Source: Bacteriovoracia bacterium (GTDB lineage Bacteria > Bdellovibrionota > UBA1018 > CAIPTA01). From it: a stretch of DNA of 64,000 nt. The notes below the pieces were generated by a model that was not told the origin of the DNA, did not search any database, and saw only the letters and a list, made by a program, of their open reading frames with translations. The first letter of the stretch is position 1. The number at the start of each line of letters is the position of its first letter. The translations under genes were made by a program, and so were the position numbers. Below, one piece after another: positions 19,245 through 29,009 of this stretch. Location of the stretch: assembly GCA_050246755.1 (NCBI GenBank), contig JBFWVL010000001.1:1120001-1184000 (forward strand), written 5' to 3'.

Positions 19245-20354
19245 ATGCAAGAAACCAACGAAAGTTTAGGAGTTTACCTTAAGCGCAGCCGCGAGGGTAA
19301 GAATGTGTCCATCGAACAAGTGGCTTACGCCACCCGCATCAGTCTCAAGATGCTGCGTGCTCTCGAGGACGACGCTCACACCGCGCTGCCCGCCCCCACT
19401 TTCGTGCGCGGCTACCTTCAGGCCTACGCTAAATACATTCGCATCGACACGCAGGATCTCTTGCTGCGCTACCAGCACCACCTCGCTACCAGCCCGGATC
19501 ACAAGCGCAACACGATCCGCTCGCACTACCTTTACGTGCGCGAGCGCTACCAAGAGAAGCGCCGTCTCGTGCTCGTGATCGTGCTCTTCGCCACCATGCT
19601 CTCCGTGGCCGGAACCTATTTCTTGCTTAAGGCGAAGCGTGACCACCATAAGCGCCTGGCCCAGACCACCGCCGAAATTCAGAAGGGCGAAAACAAGAAT
19701 GCGTCTCCTGCGCTTCCATCGGCGTTAGTTCCGCCCACTCCCTCGGAAAAAGTGGCCGAGATATTGGATAAGGATAAGAAAGACGTAAAAACCGAAGCGA
19801 AAGTAGACACGAAAACCGAAACGAAAACGGCCGACGTGATCGCCAAAACTACGCATACCCAGACCGAGGTGAAAACCGCGCCGGCGCCCGTGGTGGCTCC
19901 TCCAACGGCAGCGGCCCCGAAACCAACAACCACTGCTACGGCCACCCAAATGCAGGCCGTTACGGAGACGGCGGCCAAGGTGGCCGATGTAAAAAAGACC
20001 TATAATCTTTTGCTAAAAACAGATCAGGACGTTTGGCTTCGCTTCCAGACCGATCAAGATGGAGTGCGTGATCTTACGCTACGCGCCGGGAAAGCAATTA
20101 TGCTGCATGCCGACAGTGTGATTAAAATTTTCTCGGGCAACCTAGCGGTGATTAAAGGCACGCTGAATGGAGAGGCCATCTCACTCGCGCCAAGTAGCCG
20201 CATTAAGAGCGTGGTGCTTCCTGCTAGTGAAACAGCGAATTATCCTCTCCCCCTCTTCCCTCAATTCCAACCCAAACCCGACGCACCGCGCGCATCGACC
20301 ACACAGGATCAAACCGGTAGCACGACGCCCCCCGCCAACAACGCTGCGCAATAG
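19245..20354 (+). CDS. rodZ: Cytoskeletal protein RodZ
   Basis: N-terminal HTH (LGVYLKRSRE..TFVRGYLQAYAKY), single TM, low-complexity linker, C-terminal beta domain (VWL..GN). Confidence 0.82.
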   Translation: MQETNESLGVYLKRSREGKNVSIEQVAYATRISLKMLRALEDDAHTALPAPTFVRGYLQAYAKYIRIDTQDLLLRYQHHLATSPDHKRNTIRSHYLYVRERYQEKRRLVLVIVLFATMLSVAGTYFLLKAKRDHHKRLAQTTAEIQKGENKNASPALPSALVPPTPSEKVAEILDKDKKDVKTEAKVDTKTETKTADVIAKTTHTQTEVKTAPAPVVAPPTAAAPKPTTTATATQMQAVTETAAKVADVKKTYNLLLKTDQDVWLRFQTDQDGVRDLTLRAGKAIMLHADSVIKIFSGNLAVIKGTLNGEAISLAPSSRIKSVVLPASETANYPLPLFPQFQPKPDAPRASTTQDQTGSTTPPANNAAQ

Positions 20355-20409
20355 TTCAAAAATATTCTTACACCTGAAGAAGCGCTTGACACTTTCGCCT
20401 TACATTTTT

Positions 20410-20494
20410 TTATCCACAGAATGTAAGAAGTTACCCACACCCGCAACTAGCTGAAATCAGGCAGTTTAAAGACTTTCATCTATTGTTATCCACA
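20410..20494 (+). promoter_or_regulatory. Cluster of co-oriented DnaA boxes with IHF-like sites
   Basis: TTATCCACA at 20410-20418 and 20486-20494, TTACCCACA at 20431-20439; IHF-like CAACTAGCTGAAA at 20444-20456. Confidence 0.6.
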
Positions 20495-20685
20495 ATATTT
20501 ATGGGAAATGGGCGCCTCTCGTCGACGATTAAATAAAATCCTTATTAGGAATCGGTCAGGACGGCCCGTAGGCCGCGATCACCCCCAAGCACGAATAAAC
20601 CGTATTTATGCATAAATGGAGTGACTAGGTTTATCGACGATAATTCCTCAAGAGATCGACGATAAAGCCGTCAAATTTTTGCCGT

Positions 20686-21828
20686 TTAGCGCGCCACCCG
20701 ACGAAGCATCACTACGGCAATTATGAGCAAAAGCAGATTTGCGCTCCACATGCCGACGAAAGCAGGTATTTTTCCGTCGCTGGCGAGGTTATGCCCCACG
20801 GAATAAACGCCCCAGTAAAACAACAAAACTAGAAGGCATATAAGAAAAGAATTTGACCGCACCGTGCGGGTGCGCACCACACCGAAAGCCACGCCCATGA
20901 TGGCGAAAATGAAGCAGGAAAAAGAGAGGGCCATGCGCTTCCAGTACTCTACACCAAAGTTAATATAGTCGAGCCGCTCACTCTCCACGAGGGGAACCCC
21001 CGCCGACATCTTTTGCCGCACTTCTTGCAATCGTTTGCGAAGGACGCCGATGTCCATCGTCTTGGGCACCTCTACCCCCACCACGCGGGCGGTTTCTATC
21101 CGCAAGAAAATATCGTAGACATCGAAATTTGTTTTCTCGTAAAGATTCTTAACGGGATCGGAGCGGTGAAGCGACCCTTCGAATAAGCGCAGGACAAGCC
21201 CCGGAATCCCGTTTTGGTCCTGCAAGTTCGTGAGGATCTCGCCGTTACGAGCCACCACCGTCACGGCGGAATCCTTTTTCCGCTCGTCGTAGATCAAAAC
21301 TTTGCTCATCGTATTTTTCTTCGAATCCACCTGATCGGCGTACAGCACGAGATCGAAAAATCCCTCGGTAAATGTACCCGGGTGGATCGTGGCGATCGCC
21401 TTGGTATTGCTGATCCGGAAAAGCTCGTAACGGAACATGCGGCTGCCGAATGGCACGAAGTAGAAATTACAAAACGTGGTCACGATCGCGAGTACCACCG
21501 AAAAAGACATCACCGGCAGGAGCATGGAATAAACGGAAAGGCCCGCCGCGCGCAAGGCGAGCACCTCGCTGTCTCCCGAGAGACGGCCGAAACCAAGCAG
21601 TACGGCGAGCAGAAAGGCGATTGGCACGATCACGGGCGTAAAAGTGAGGGCGAGGTAGCCAAGCAGGGAAAGAATCGAAAATCCCGAAACGTTATGCACC
21701 ACGAAAAAGTCCGAAAGCCGGATCACCTGGAACATCAGGAGCACAAAGAGAAAGAAAATCACGGCCCCCATAAATGGACGGAAAACTTCCGACAGAATGT
21801 AGCGATAGAACGTCCAGGGAAGACGCAT
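20686..21828 (-). CDS. lptF: LPS export permease, LptF/LptG family
   Basis: RYILSE start, 3 TM + beta-jellyroll periplasmic region + 3 TM, GRLSGDSEVLALRAAG, MWSAN. Confidence 0.8.
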   Translation of the reverse strand: MRLPWTFYRYILSEVFRPFMGAVIFFLFVLLMFQVIRLSDFFVVHNVSGFSILSLLGYLALTFTPVIVPIAFLLAVLLGFGRLSGDSEVLALRAAGLSVYSMLLPVMSFSVVLAIVTTFCNFYFVPFGSRMFRYELFRISNTKAIATIHPGTFTEGFFDLVLYADQVDSKKNTMSKVLIYDERKKDSAVTVVARNGEILTNLQDQNGIPGLVLRLFEGSLHRSDPVKNLYEKTNFDVYDIFLRIETARVVGVEVPKTMDIGVLRKRLQEVRQKMSAGVPLVESERLDYINFGVEYWKRMALSFSCFIFAIMGVAFGVVRTRTVRSNSFLICLLVLLFYWGVYSVGHNLASDGKIPAFVGMWSANLLLLIIAVVMLRRVAR

Positions 21829-21890
21829 GCCGGGAATTTTTTTTAACAAACGAATGAACACGGAGCCCCTTCTCGCCGAGCCCCGCCTAG

Positions 21891-23285
21891 CTAATAGGCG
21901 TTCTTGTGAATAAATCCTCTCACCGCGGTGAGAAGGAGAATTTTCACGTCGAAAAATAGGCTCCAGTTACGGATATAGTATAAATCGCATTCGATGCGCT
22001 TTTCGAGGCTCGTGTCGCCTCGCCATCCGTTTATCTGCGCCCAGCCCGTGATACCTGCTTTCACCTTGTGGCGAAGCATGTAGCGGGGTACGTGGCCGCG
22101 GAATTGATACACGAATTCGGGTCGCTCGGGGCGGGGTCCCACCAACGACATATTACCCCTGACCACGTTCCAAAATTGAGGGATCTCGTCGAGGCTGGTG
22201 GAGCGCAGGAGGGCGCCGATCGGAGTGCGGCGATCGTCGTCTTTTTTTGCCCACACCGCACCGGTTTCTTTTTCCGCATCGAGTTTCATCGAACGGAATT
22301 TCCACATCTGAAACGTGGAGCCGTCCATTCCCATTCTTTCCTGGCCATAAAAAATGGGGCCACGGCTCGTGAGCTTCACGAGAAGCGCGATGAAAAGAAA
22401 AACGGGGCTCAGCACGATGAGGGCCGCGGACGCGAGCAAAAAGTCAAAAGCCCGCTTCCAGAAAGCGCCCACCGGATCTATCGGAGATTCGTTCAGCGCA
22501 AGCACCGGCAGGGCATCGAAGTCTTCCACCGTGCAGCCCACCACGATGTATTCGTAAAGATCAGGTACAAGCTGCACATTCTGCACGGCATCGCCTAGGG
22601 CCCGCAGAATTTCGTCTTGGCGCTCGGCTTCGGCACGGGGAAGCGCCACGATAATTTCGTCAATACCCGATAGCTTGGCGGCGATTTCATCGTAGCGGCC
22701 GAGCACCGGGCTGGTGAGAGAAGGATCCGGCATTCCGTCGGCACTCAGAAAGCCCCGGACATGAAAGCCGAGCTCCGGCATACGGCGCATGCGATCTACC
22801 ACCGCACGAGCAGAAACTCCCGTGCCCACCATCAAGACACTGCGGGTCCGAAAGCCCTGGGTGACCAAGTTTCTCAGCACATTGCGCAATACCAGACGGG
22901 AGAGCAGCAAATACACCCCCGCAATACCCGCGAAGTATCCGATCACCACTCGGCTAAAACGGTACTCGGTAAGCACCCAAGCTAGGATCACAAAAATGGC
23001 GAGGGCCACACCATGCGCACGAAGCACATTTCCCAGCTCGGCAGTGCGTCGCGTTATGCGGGTCGAGCTGTACATTCTGAAATAGGAAAACACCGTAATC
23101 CATAAAAGTACCACCACCGGAAGCACAGCCGTTACATAGCTGGAAAAGAGGGGAATGCCTTTAGTAACCGGGACAATTTGTGTATAAAAGCGGAGATAAA
23201 AAGCGAGCAACCAAGCGGCCACCAGTCCGAACGCGTCGGACACGATGAGCAAACTTCCAAACACCTGGTAATACCGCTTTAGCAC
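21891..23285 (-). CDS. Undecaprenyl-phosphate glucose phosphotransferase (WcaJ-like)
   Basis: KFRSM, DDRRTPIG, SLDEIPQF, VGPRPERP, YMLRHKVKAGITGWAQINGWRGDT. Confidence 0.92.
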   Translation of the reverse strand: MLKRYYQVFGSLLIVSDAFGLVAAWLLAFYLRFYTQIVPVTKGIPLFSSYVTAVLPVVVLLWITVFSYFRMYSSTRITRRTAELGNVLRAHGVALAIFVILAWVLTEYRFSRVVIGYFAGIAGVYLLLSRLVLRNVLRNLVTQGFRTRSVLMVGTGVSARAVVDRMRRMPELGFHVRGFLSADGMPDPSLTSPVLGRYDEIAAKLSGIDEIIVALPRAEAERQDEILRALGDAVQNVQLVPDLYEYIVVGCTVEDFDALPVLALNESPIDPVGAFWKRAFDFLLASAALIVLSPVFLFIALLVKLTSRGPIFYGQERMGMDGSTFQMWKFRSMKLDAEKETGAVWAKKDDDRRTPIGALLRSTSLDEIPQFWNVVRGNMSLVGPRPERPEFVYQFRGHVPRYMLRHKVKAGITGWAQINGWRGDTSLEKRIECDLYYIRNWSLFFDVKILLLTAVRGFIHKNAY

Positions 23286-23291
23286 TTAGAC

Positions 23292-23320
23292 ATAGTATTT
23301 TCGGCTACCGCTACAGTCAA
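23292..23320 (-). promoter_or_regulatory. Near-consensus sigma70 promoter, leaderless arrangement
   Basis: Minus strand TTGACT-17-TACTAT, ending 6 nt before the GTG start at 23285. Confidence 0.6.
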
Positions 23321-23332
23321 CGAAAGGACCTC

Positions 23333-24835
23333 ATGAAAATCACCGCGCAAATTTCTTTCAACGATGCCCCGCAAAGCACCCAGGTACTGGGCGTATTCCA
23401 AGCCGACGAGAAGGGTTCCCCCCACTGTTCGCACGAAGAATTCAAAGATTTCCTCGCGAAACTGGCCGCCGAAGACGTTTTCAAAGGCAAAAAAGGCCAA
23501 GTATATTTCCTGCGCGCCATCGACGACGCTTCCCCCAACTTGCTTTTCGCGGGTGTCGGTAAAGCTGAAGACGCCACCGGCGAAACCTACCGTGTGGTAG
23601 GTGCCAATATCGCAAAACGCCTGGAAGGTGAAAAAGTGAAGGCTGCCGCACTGGATCTCGCCTCTTTTGCGCGCAAAGGCCTCAAAGGCTTCAACGCGGA
23701 AAAAATTGCGTCCTGCCTCGCCGAAGGCGCCCTCATGGCCGCCTACACTTTCGACAACTACAAATCCGAGAAATCGAAACCTTCTCTGGGCGAGATTGCT
23801 TTTTTCGCCGCCGACCGCAAGCAAATATCGGCGGTGGAGAACGCCATAGAAAATGCGACGGCCGTGAATGACGCGATCACCATCGCCCGCGATCTTTCCA
23901 ACGAGCCCGGCTCACATCTCTATCCGATGGAGCTCGCCAAGCGTGCCCAAGCTTTTGCAAAAGAATACGGCTTGAGCGCGAAAGTGCTCGATTTCAAAGC
24001 CTGCCAAAAAGAGAAAATGGGCGGGCTCGTGGGCGTGGGCCAAGGGTCTGCGCATCTTCCCTGCATGATCGTGCTAGAGTACAAACCCAAGAAGCCGGCC
24101 AAAAAAATGAAGACCATCGCCTTCGTGGGCAAAGCGGTAACGTTCGACTCCGGCGGTATCTCGATTAAACCCGGCGCCAGCATGGAAGACATGAAGCACG
24201 ACATGAGCGGGGGCGCGAACGTAATTGCCGCCACTCTCCTCGCGGCACGCCTGAAACTCGGCCACCACATCGTGTGCGTGGTTCCCGCTGCAGAAAATAT
24301 GCCGGATGGAAACTCCTTTATCCCTTCGGCCGTGCTCACCGCGCGCTCGGGCAAAACGATCGAAGTGCAGAATACGGATGCCGAAGGCCGCTTGATCCTT
24401 GCCGATGCTCTCGACTACGCCCAAGATTATAGCCCCGATATGATTATCGATCTCGCCACCCTCACGGGCGCCGTGGTGATGGCCCTCTCGAATGTGGCCG
24501 CCGGAATCATGGGCAACGATGAAGCACTGATGAAGCGCTTCAAGGCGGCTGCCGCCGCCAGCGAAGAACGCTACGTGGAACTCCCGATCTTCCAGGAATA
24601 CATCGACGACATTAAGAGCAAGATCGCCGACATCAAGAATATGGGCGGCGACCGCGGCGCCGGCTCGCAGAAGGCGGGAGCTTTCCTGAAAGAATTCATC
24701 CGTAAGGGTAACAAATGGCTGCATGTGGATATCGCGGGCACCGCATGGGCCGCCGGTAAAGTTGCCTACAACCCTTCGCATGGGGCCACTGGCCACACCG
24801 TGCGCACGCTCGTGCAACTTGTTAGCGATCTCTAA
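23333..24835 (+). CDS. pepA: Leucyl aminopeptidase (M17)
   Basis: [40 protein letters not shown]. Confidence 0.95.
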   Translation: MKITAQISFNDAPQSTQVLGVFQADEKGSPHCSHEEFKDFLAKLAAEDVFKGKKGQVYFLRAIDDASPNLLFAGVGKAEDATGETYRVVGANIAKRLEGEKVKAAALDLASFARKGLKGFNAEKIASCLAEGALMAAYTFDNYKSEKSKPSLGEIAFFAADRKQISAVENAIENATAVNDAITIARDLSNEPGSHLYPMELAKRAQAFAKEYGLSAKVLDFKACQKEKMGGLVGVGQGSAHLPCMIVLEYKPKKPAKKMKTIAFVGKAVTFDSGGISIKPGASMEDMKHDMSGGANVIAATLLAARLKLGHHIVCVVPAAENMPDGNSFIPSAVLTARSGKTIEVQNTDAEGRLILADALDYAQDYSPDMIIDLATLTGAVVMALSNVAAGIMGNDEALMKRFKAAAAASEERYVELPIFQEYIDDIKSKIADIKNMGGDRGAGSQKAGAFLKEFIRKGNKWLHVDIAGTAWAAGKVAYNPSHGATGHTVRTLVQLVSDL

Positions 24836-24846
24836 GGGGTGGTGAA

Positions 24847-26154
24847 ATGGAAAAAGTAGTTCGCATCGACGATATCGCCAAGCACGTTGGTTCCGTGGTG
24901 ACCATTCGCGGCTGGCTCTATAACCACCGCTCTTCGGGAAAGATTCGTTTCCTCGAATTGCGGGATGGTTCTGCTACCACGCTGCAAGTGGTGGTGGCCA
25001 ACGGCACCGCCGACGAAGCGAGCTTCCATACTTCTGGCGAGCTCACGCAAGAAAGTTCCATGATCGTAACCGGCCTCGCAAAGGCGCACCCAAAGAAGCC
25101 AGGCGTATTCGAGATGGACGCCCATAAAGTGGAACTGGTGCAAAAAGCCGAGATCAATTACCCAATCTCGCATAAAGAACACGGCCCCGAACACCTCATG
25201 CAGTTCCGTCATCTATGGTTACGTACGCCTCGCCAGGTGGCTATCGCCCGCACCCGCGCGCGCATCGTGAAATCCATCCGGGATTTTTTCGACAGCCGTG
25301 AATTCGTGCTCATGGATGCACCGATCCTCACCCCTAGCGCCTGCGAAGGCACTTCGACCCTTTTCGAAACCGATTATTTCGACGAAAAAGCTTTTCTCAC
25401 TCAGAGTGGGCAGCTCTACGGTGAAGTGGGCGCGATGGCTTTTGGCAAAACGTACGTGTTCGGACCCACTTTCCGTGCCGAAAAATCTAAAACTCGCAAA
25501 CACCTTACCGAATTCTGGATGGTAGAGCCCGAGATCGCATTTTGGAGCCTCGAAGAGAACATGACCCTCGGGGAAGAACTCGTGACCACCATCATGAAAG
25601 ACGTCATGAAGGATAGAGCGGGCGAACTAAAAACCCTCGGTCGCGACCTGGCCGCCCTGGAAGCTATCGCCGCTGGCAACTTCCCTCGCGTGCACTACAA
25701 CGACTGCATCGAGATGTTGCAGAAAGAGGGAATGAGCGTGAAATGGGGCGACGATTTCGGTGCTCCCGAAGAAACCAAGATCGGCGATCTCTTCGGCGGC
25801 AAGCCAGTTTGGATCCACCATTTCCCGAAAGATATTAAGAGTTTTTACTTCAAGCGCGATCCCCAAGATCCGCGCTACGCCCTCGGCTGCGATCTGATCG
25901 CACCTCACGGCTGGGGCGAGATGATCGGCGGCGGAATCCGGGAAGAGGACTATGAGACCCTCAAAGCCGCAGTGATCAGCCATAAACTCAATCTAGAAGA
26001 CTACCAGTGGTACCTCGACCTGCGCCGCTACGGCTCCGTGCCCCACGGTGGCTTCGGGCTCGGCTTAGAGCGCACCGTTTCCTGGGTTTGCGGCCTAGAT
26101 CACGTACGGGAGACCATCGCCTTCCCCCGCATGCTGAACTACCTGCGCCCGTAG
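24847..26154 (+). CDS. asnS: Asparagine--tRNA ligase
   Basis: OB-fold N-terminus, [43 protein letters not shown]. Confidence 0.95.
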   Translation: MEKVVRIDDIAKHVGSVVTIRGWLYNHRSSGKIRFLELRDGSATTLQVVVANGTADEASFHTSGELTQESSMIVTGLAKAHPKKPGVFEMDAHKVELVQKAEINYPISHKEHGPEHLMQFRHLWLRTPRQVAIARTRARIVKSIRDFFDSREFVLMDAPILTPSACEGTSTLFETDYFDEKAFLTQSGQLYGEVGAMAFGKTYVFGPTFRAEKSKTRKHLTEFWMVEPEIAFWSLEENMTLGEELVTTIMKDVMKDRAGELKTLGRDLAALEAIAAGNFPRVHYNDCIEMLQKEGMSVKWGDDFGAPEETKIGDLFGGKPVWIHHFPKDIKSFYFKRDPQDPRYALGCDLIAPHGWGEMIGGGIREEDYETLKAAVISHKLNLEDYQWYLDLRRYGSVPHGGFGLGLERTVSWVCGLDHVRETIAFPRMLNYLRP

Positions 26155-26155
26155 T

Positions 26156-26626
26156 ATGGCGTTTAATGTCGTCCTCGTAGAGCCCCAGATCCCGCCCAAT
26201 ACGGGCAATATCGGCCGGCTCTGCATCGCCACCCACTCCAAGTTCCACCTCGTGGAACCCCTCGGCTTCGATATTTCGGAAAAGGCTGTGCGCCGGGCCG
26301 GCCTCGACTATTGGAAGCACGTGGATCTCACAATTCATAAGAGCTACGTCGCATTCCGGGAATCTCTGCCTACAGACGCCCGCCTTTGGTTCTTCACGAA
26401 ATTCGCACAAAAGAGCCTCTTTAAAGCCGATTTTAAAAACGGGGATTATTTAATATTCGGCAAAGAAACCAAGGGCTTACTCCCGGAAATCCATGAGCAA
26501 GAGTCGCCCGAACGCATGCTCCGAATTCCCATGCCCGGCCAAGAAATCGTTCGCTCCTTGAACCTTGCCGGCAGCGTGCATATCGCGCTCTACGAAGCCC
26601 TTCGTCAGATCGACTTCGCTATCTAA
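26156..26626 (+). CDS. trmL: tRNA (cytidine/uridine-34 2'-O)-methyltransferase
   Basis: EPQIPPNTGNIGRLC, RRAGLDYW, FGKETKGL, RSLNLA. Confidence 0.95.
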   Translation: MAFNVVLVEPQIPPNTGNIGRLCIATHSKFHLVEPLGFDISEKAVRRAGLDYWKHVDLTIHKSYVAFRESLPTDARLWFFTKFAQKSLFKADFKNGDYLIFGKETKGLLPEIHEQESPERMLRIPMPGQEIVRSLNLAGSVHIALYEALRQIDFAI

Positions 26627-26710
26627 ACAGAAATCTAAAAAATACCCGACTTATTCGCTTTGGTTATTCGAGGGCTTGAGCTATAACGCTCGCAACTGAG
26701 GAAAACGAAA

Positions 26711-27190
26711 ATGAAAATCTTGCTAGCTGCCCTACTAAGCCTAACCTTCTCGCACCCCGCCTTCAGTGCGATCTACTCCGCCAGTTATAAAGACAACGGA
26801 GTGAGCATCGAAAAACGCGTGATCGACACCTACCGCGCTGCGCTCGAAGCTCGCGGCAACAACGACATCAAGCAAACGATTGCGCAGCTGAAAGCCGACC
26901 TTGCGGGGTTCGGTACCGTAGGAATTCCAAATAAAGATAATTTATTTTTACTCTCGCGGGGCGAAAGCGCGCCCAGCGATCACGATACCTCCACCCGCGT
27001 CCGGAGCGGCAAGTATTTGCTGGCAATTCCCACCACCATTCGCGGCAGCGGTAACGTCACGGAAAATGGCGCGCTCCTGGCGGCCTACTTCAATGTGCAG
27101 GTAGGAAAAACCGTAGAAATTTCTCTCGAGAATTTCGTGGAGCTCGTGGATCGCCCCGATTCAGATACTACCGAGATCCCCCCGCGGTAG
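26711..27190 (+). CDS. Hypothetical secreted protein
   Basis: Signal peptide MKILLAALLSLTFSHPAFS, GAGG SD, TATAAC upstream; no recognisable domain. Confidence 0.65.
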   Translation: MKILLAALLSLTFSHPAFSAIYSASYKDNGVSIEKRVIDTYRAALEARGNNDIKQTIAQLKADLAGFGTVGIPNKDNLFLLSRGESAPSDHDTSTRVRSGKYLLAIPTTIRGSGNVTENGALLAAYFNVQVGKTVEISLENFVELVDRPDSDTTEIPPR

Positions 27191-27198
27191 ATTCGGTT

Positions 27199-28485
27199 TT
27201 AGTCTAAGAGCTTATTCACTTTAAAAAACGCCGCAACCTGCTCGCTCATTTTCCCCCTAAATGGAGAATAGGCGGGCTGCAAATTTTTTGCGCCGTAAAT
27301 CCAAGCCATATGGTCGCCCTTTTCAAAAGTTAGCGTAGGCGAGCGGGTGGAGCGATTGGCCCCGCGGAGCTCGTTCACGAAAGAGCCGTCAACCGTATTG
27401 TCATCCAAGATATTAGCCACGAGTGAAGGCATCGCGAAGGTGCGAAATGCCGAACCACTCGCGAAATCACTGCCGCCAGCCTCGGATTCCGTGATCGAAA
27501 TCACGCGCTCTACTTCGCGGCCGCCTTGGGCGGAAATATAGGTTCCGCAACGCTGCACGGAGCTTCCGAGGAACTCGTTAGCGCTAATGCCAAAAAGAGA
27601 ACCGAGAGCCGAGCCCGTTTTTACCAGACCGGTTACGCGCCAGGCAGGAGAGAATGCCAAGAGACCTTTTACTTGCTTAGGATGCAAGAGCGCCAATCGA
27701 GAAGCAAGCAATCCACCGAGAGAATAGCCGGCCACAATTACTTTCGGGCTCATTTTGGAAGCGATCTTCAATACCTCTTCCGATTGCCCGATCCATTCTT
27801 CCGCCTTAACGCCGTCGAGATCACGGGGATTGTCGTTGAAGTGGCCACGCAGGCGGGGAATCAGAACGTTTACCCCGAGCTCCGCGAACATCTGCTGGAA
27901 ACTCTGCATGTGGCCAGGAGAAACGGCGTAGCCCTGAAAGAAAACCACCGTAACTTTGGGACGCGTATCCTGGATGGTTTCTCGGGAATCCGTATAAGGA
28001 TTGCAGGCTTTTGGCTCACGAGCCTTAAACTTTGCCCAAGCCTGGATGGCGGCCTGGTAGGCCTTCTGGTCGGCATCCTCCTGCCCTTGATAAGAGCAGC
28101 TAAAAAATTCCCCGCCGATCGTCGCGTAACCAGAACGGCCCCCGCTCTTAGGGCTCACTTCGAACTTCGTGATAGAGGCCCCCTTCTCGTCGAGTAAATT
28201 GAAAACGTCGGGAGAAACGTCCGGCTCGACTTTCCAACTATTAGCGAGGACACGAGGCTTGCCAATAACCTTGCTCGTCACGAGCATGTCTTCGTGGGTA
28301 ACAAGCAAGATCGGGCCATTTTCAGTGCCAGAAACCTCGAAGCCCCTGTCCTTGCCCTTCTGGTCTGGGCCAAAACCTATACATTGGAAGGAGCTTAACT
28401 TTGCTTCGGCTACGGGGTTAAGGAGCAAAAGGCCAATAAGAGCGAGGAAAAGACTGTCGAACTTCTTTACAACTGGCACGCGCAC
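27199..28485 (-). CDS. Secreted alpha/beta hydrolase (esterase/lipase) with unknown N-terminal domain
   Basis: Signal peptide ending AEA, nucleophile elbow GYSLGG, PRLRGH, candidate Asp (DDNTVD) and His (GDH). Confidence 0.75.
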   Translation of the reverse strand: MRVPVVKKFDSLFLALIGLLLLNPVAEAKLSSFQCIGFGPDQKGKDRGFEVSGTENGPILLVTHEDMLVTSKVIGKPRVLANSWKVEPDVSPDVFNLLDEKGASITKFEVSPKSGGRSGYATIGGEFFSCSYQGQEDADQKAYQAAIQAWAKFKAREPKACNPYTDSRETIQDTRPKVTVVFFQGYAVSPGHMQSFQQMFAELGVNVLIPRLRGHFNDNPRDLDGVKAEEWIGQSEEVLKIASKMSPKVIVAGYSLGGLLASRLALLHPKQVKGLLAFSPAWRVTGLVKTGSALGSLFGISANEFLGSSVQRCGTYISAQGGREVERVISITESEAGGSDFASGSAFRTFAMPSLVANILDDNTVDGSFVNELRGANRSTRSPTLTFEKGDHMAWIYGAKNLQPAYSPFRGKMSEQVAAFFKVNKLLD

Positions 28486-28535
28486 AACCTCTCAACTGAC
28501 GGCAAACGCCGCTTTTATGAATATGAGGGGGCTAG

Positions 28536-28551
28536 TGCAGGGTTTGTGCCC
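28536..28551 (-). promoter_or_regulatory. Possible sigma54 promoter of the hydrolase
   Basis: Minus strand GGGCAC-AAACC-CTGCA keeps the GG(-24)/GC(-12) spacing. Confidence 0.4.
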
Positions 28552-28562
28552 GATTTTTTCCC

Positions 28563-28595
28563 AAAAAAAAGCCACCGGTTTCCCGATGGCTTTTT
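28563..28595 (-). terminator. Rho-independent terminator after rpsI
   Basis: Minus strand GCCATCGG-GAAA-CCGGTGGC followed by T8. Confidence 0.85.
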
Positions 28596-28612
28596 CGCTG
28601 AATAGCTCTCGA

Positions 28613-29008
28613 TTAACGTTTCGAGAACTGGAAGCGGCGACGTGCGCCGGCGAGTCCTGGCTTTTTACGCTCCACCTTACGAGAATCGCGGGTAAGGAGA
28701 CCTTCCTTCTTGAGGATAGGACGGGTGGCAGGATCGATTACCAAGAGAGCCTTGGCGATCGCGTGGCGGGTAGCACCGGCTTGGCCAGAAGGGCCGCCGC
28801 CGCTAACGTTCACGATGAAATCGTATTTGCCTACATAGTTCGTGAGAACCAGGGGCTGTTGTACGAGCAAGCGGCTCGTGGGGCGCGTGAAGTAATCGTC
28901 CATAGGGCGCTTATTTACGGTGATGATACCGGTGCCTTTGCGGGCATAAGCGCGGGCGCGGGCCGATTTACGTTTACCAACTTTGTGAACTTGCTGAACA
29001 GCTGCCAT
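28613..29008 (-). CDS. rpsI: 30S ribosomal protein S9
   Basis: GKRKSARAR, GGGPSGQAGA, LTRDSRKVERKKPG, QFSKR. Confidence 0.98.
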   Translation of the reverse strand: MAAVQQVHKVGKRKSARARAYARKGTGIITVNKRPMDDYFTRPTSRLLVQQPLVLTNYVGKYDFIVNVSGGGPSGQAGATRHAIAKALLVIDPATRPILKKEGLLTRDSRKVERKKPGLAGARRRFQFSKR

Positions 29009-29009
29009 G

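Noticed and set aside
20355-20685. oriC or dif assignment
   Set aside because: No dnaA/dnaN/gidA context, no visible switch in strand bias and no XerD arm; kept only as a DnaA-box cluster.
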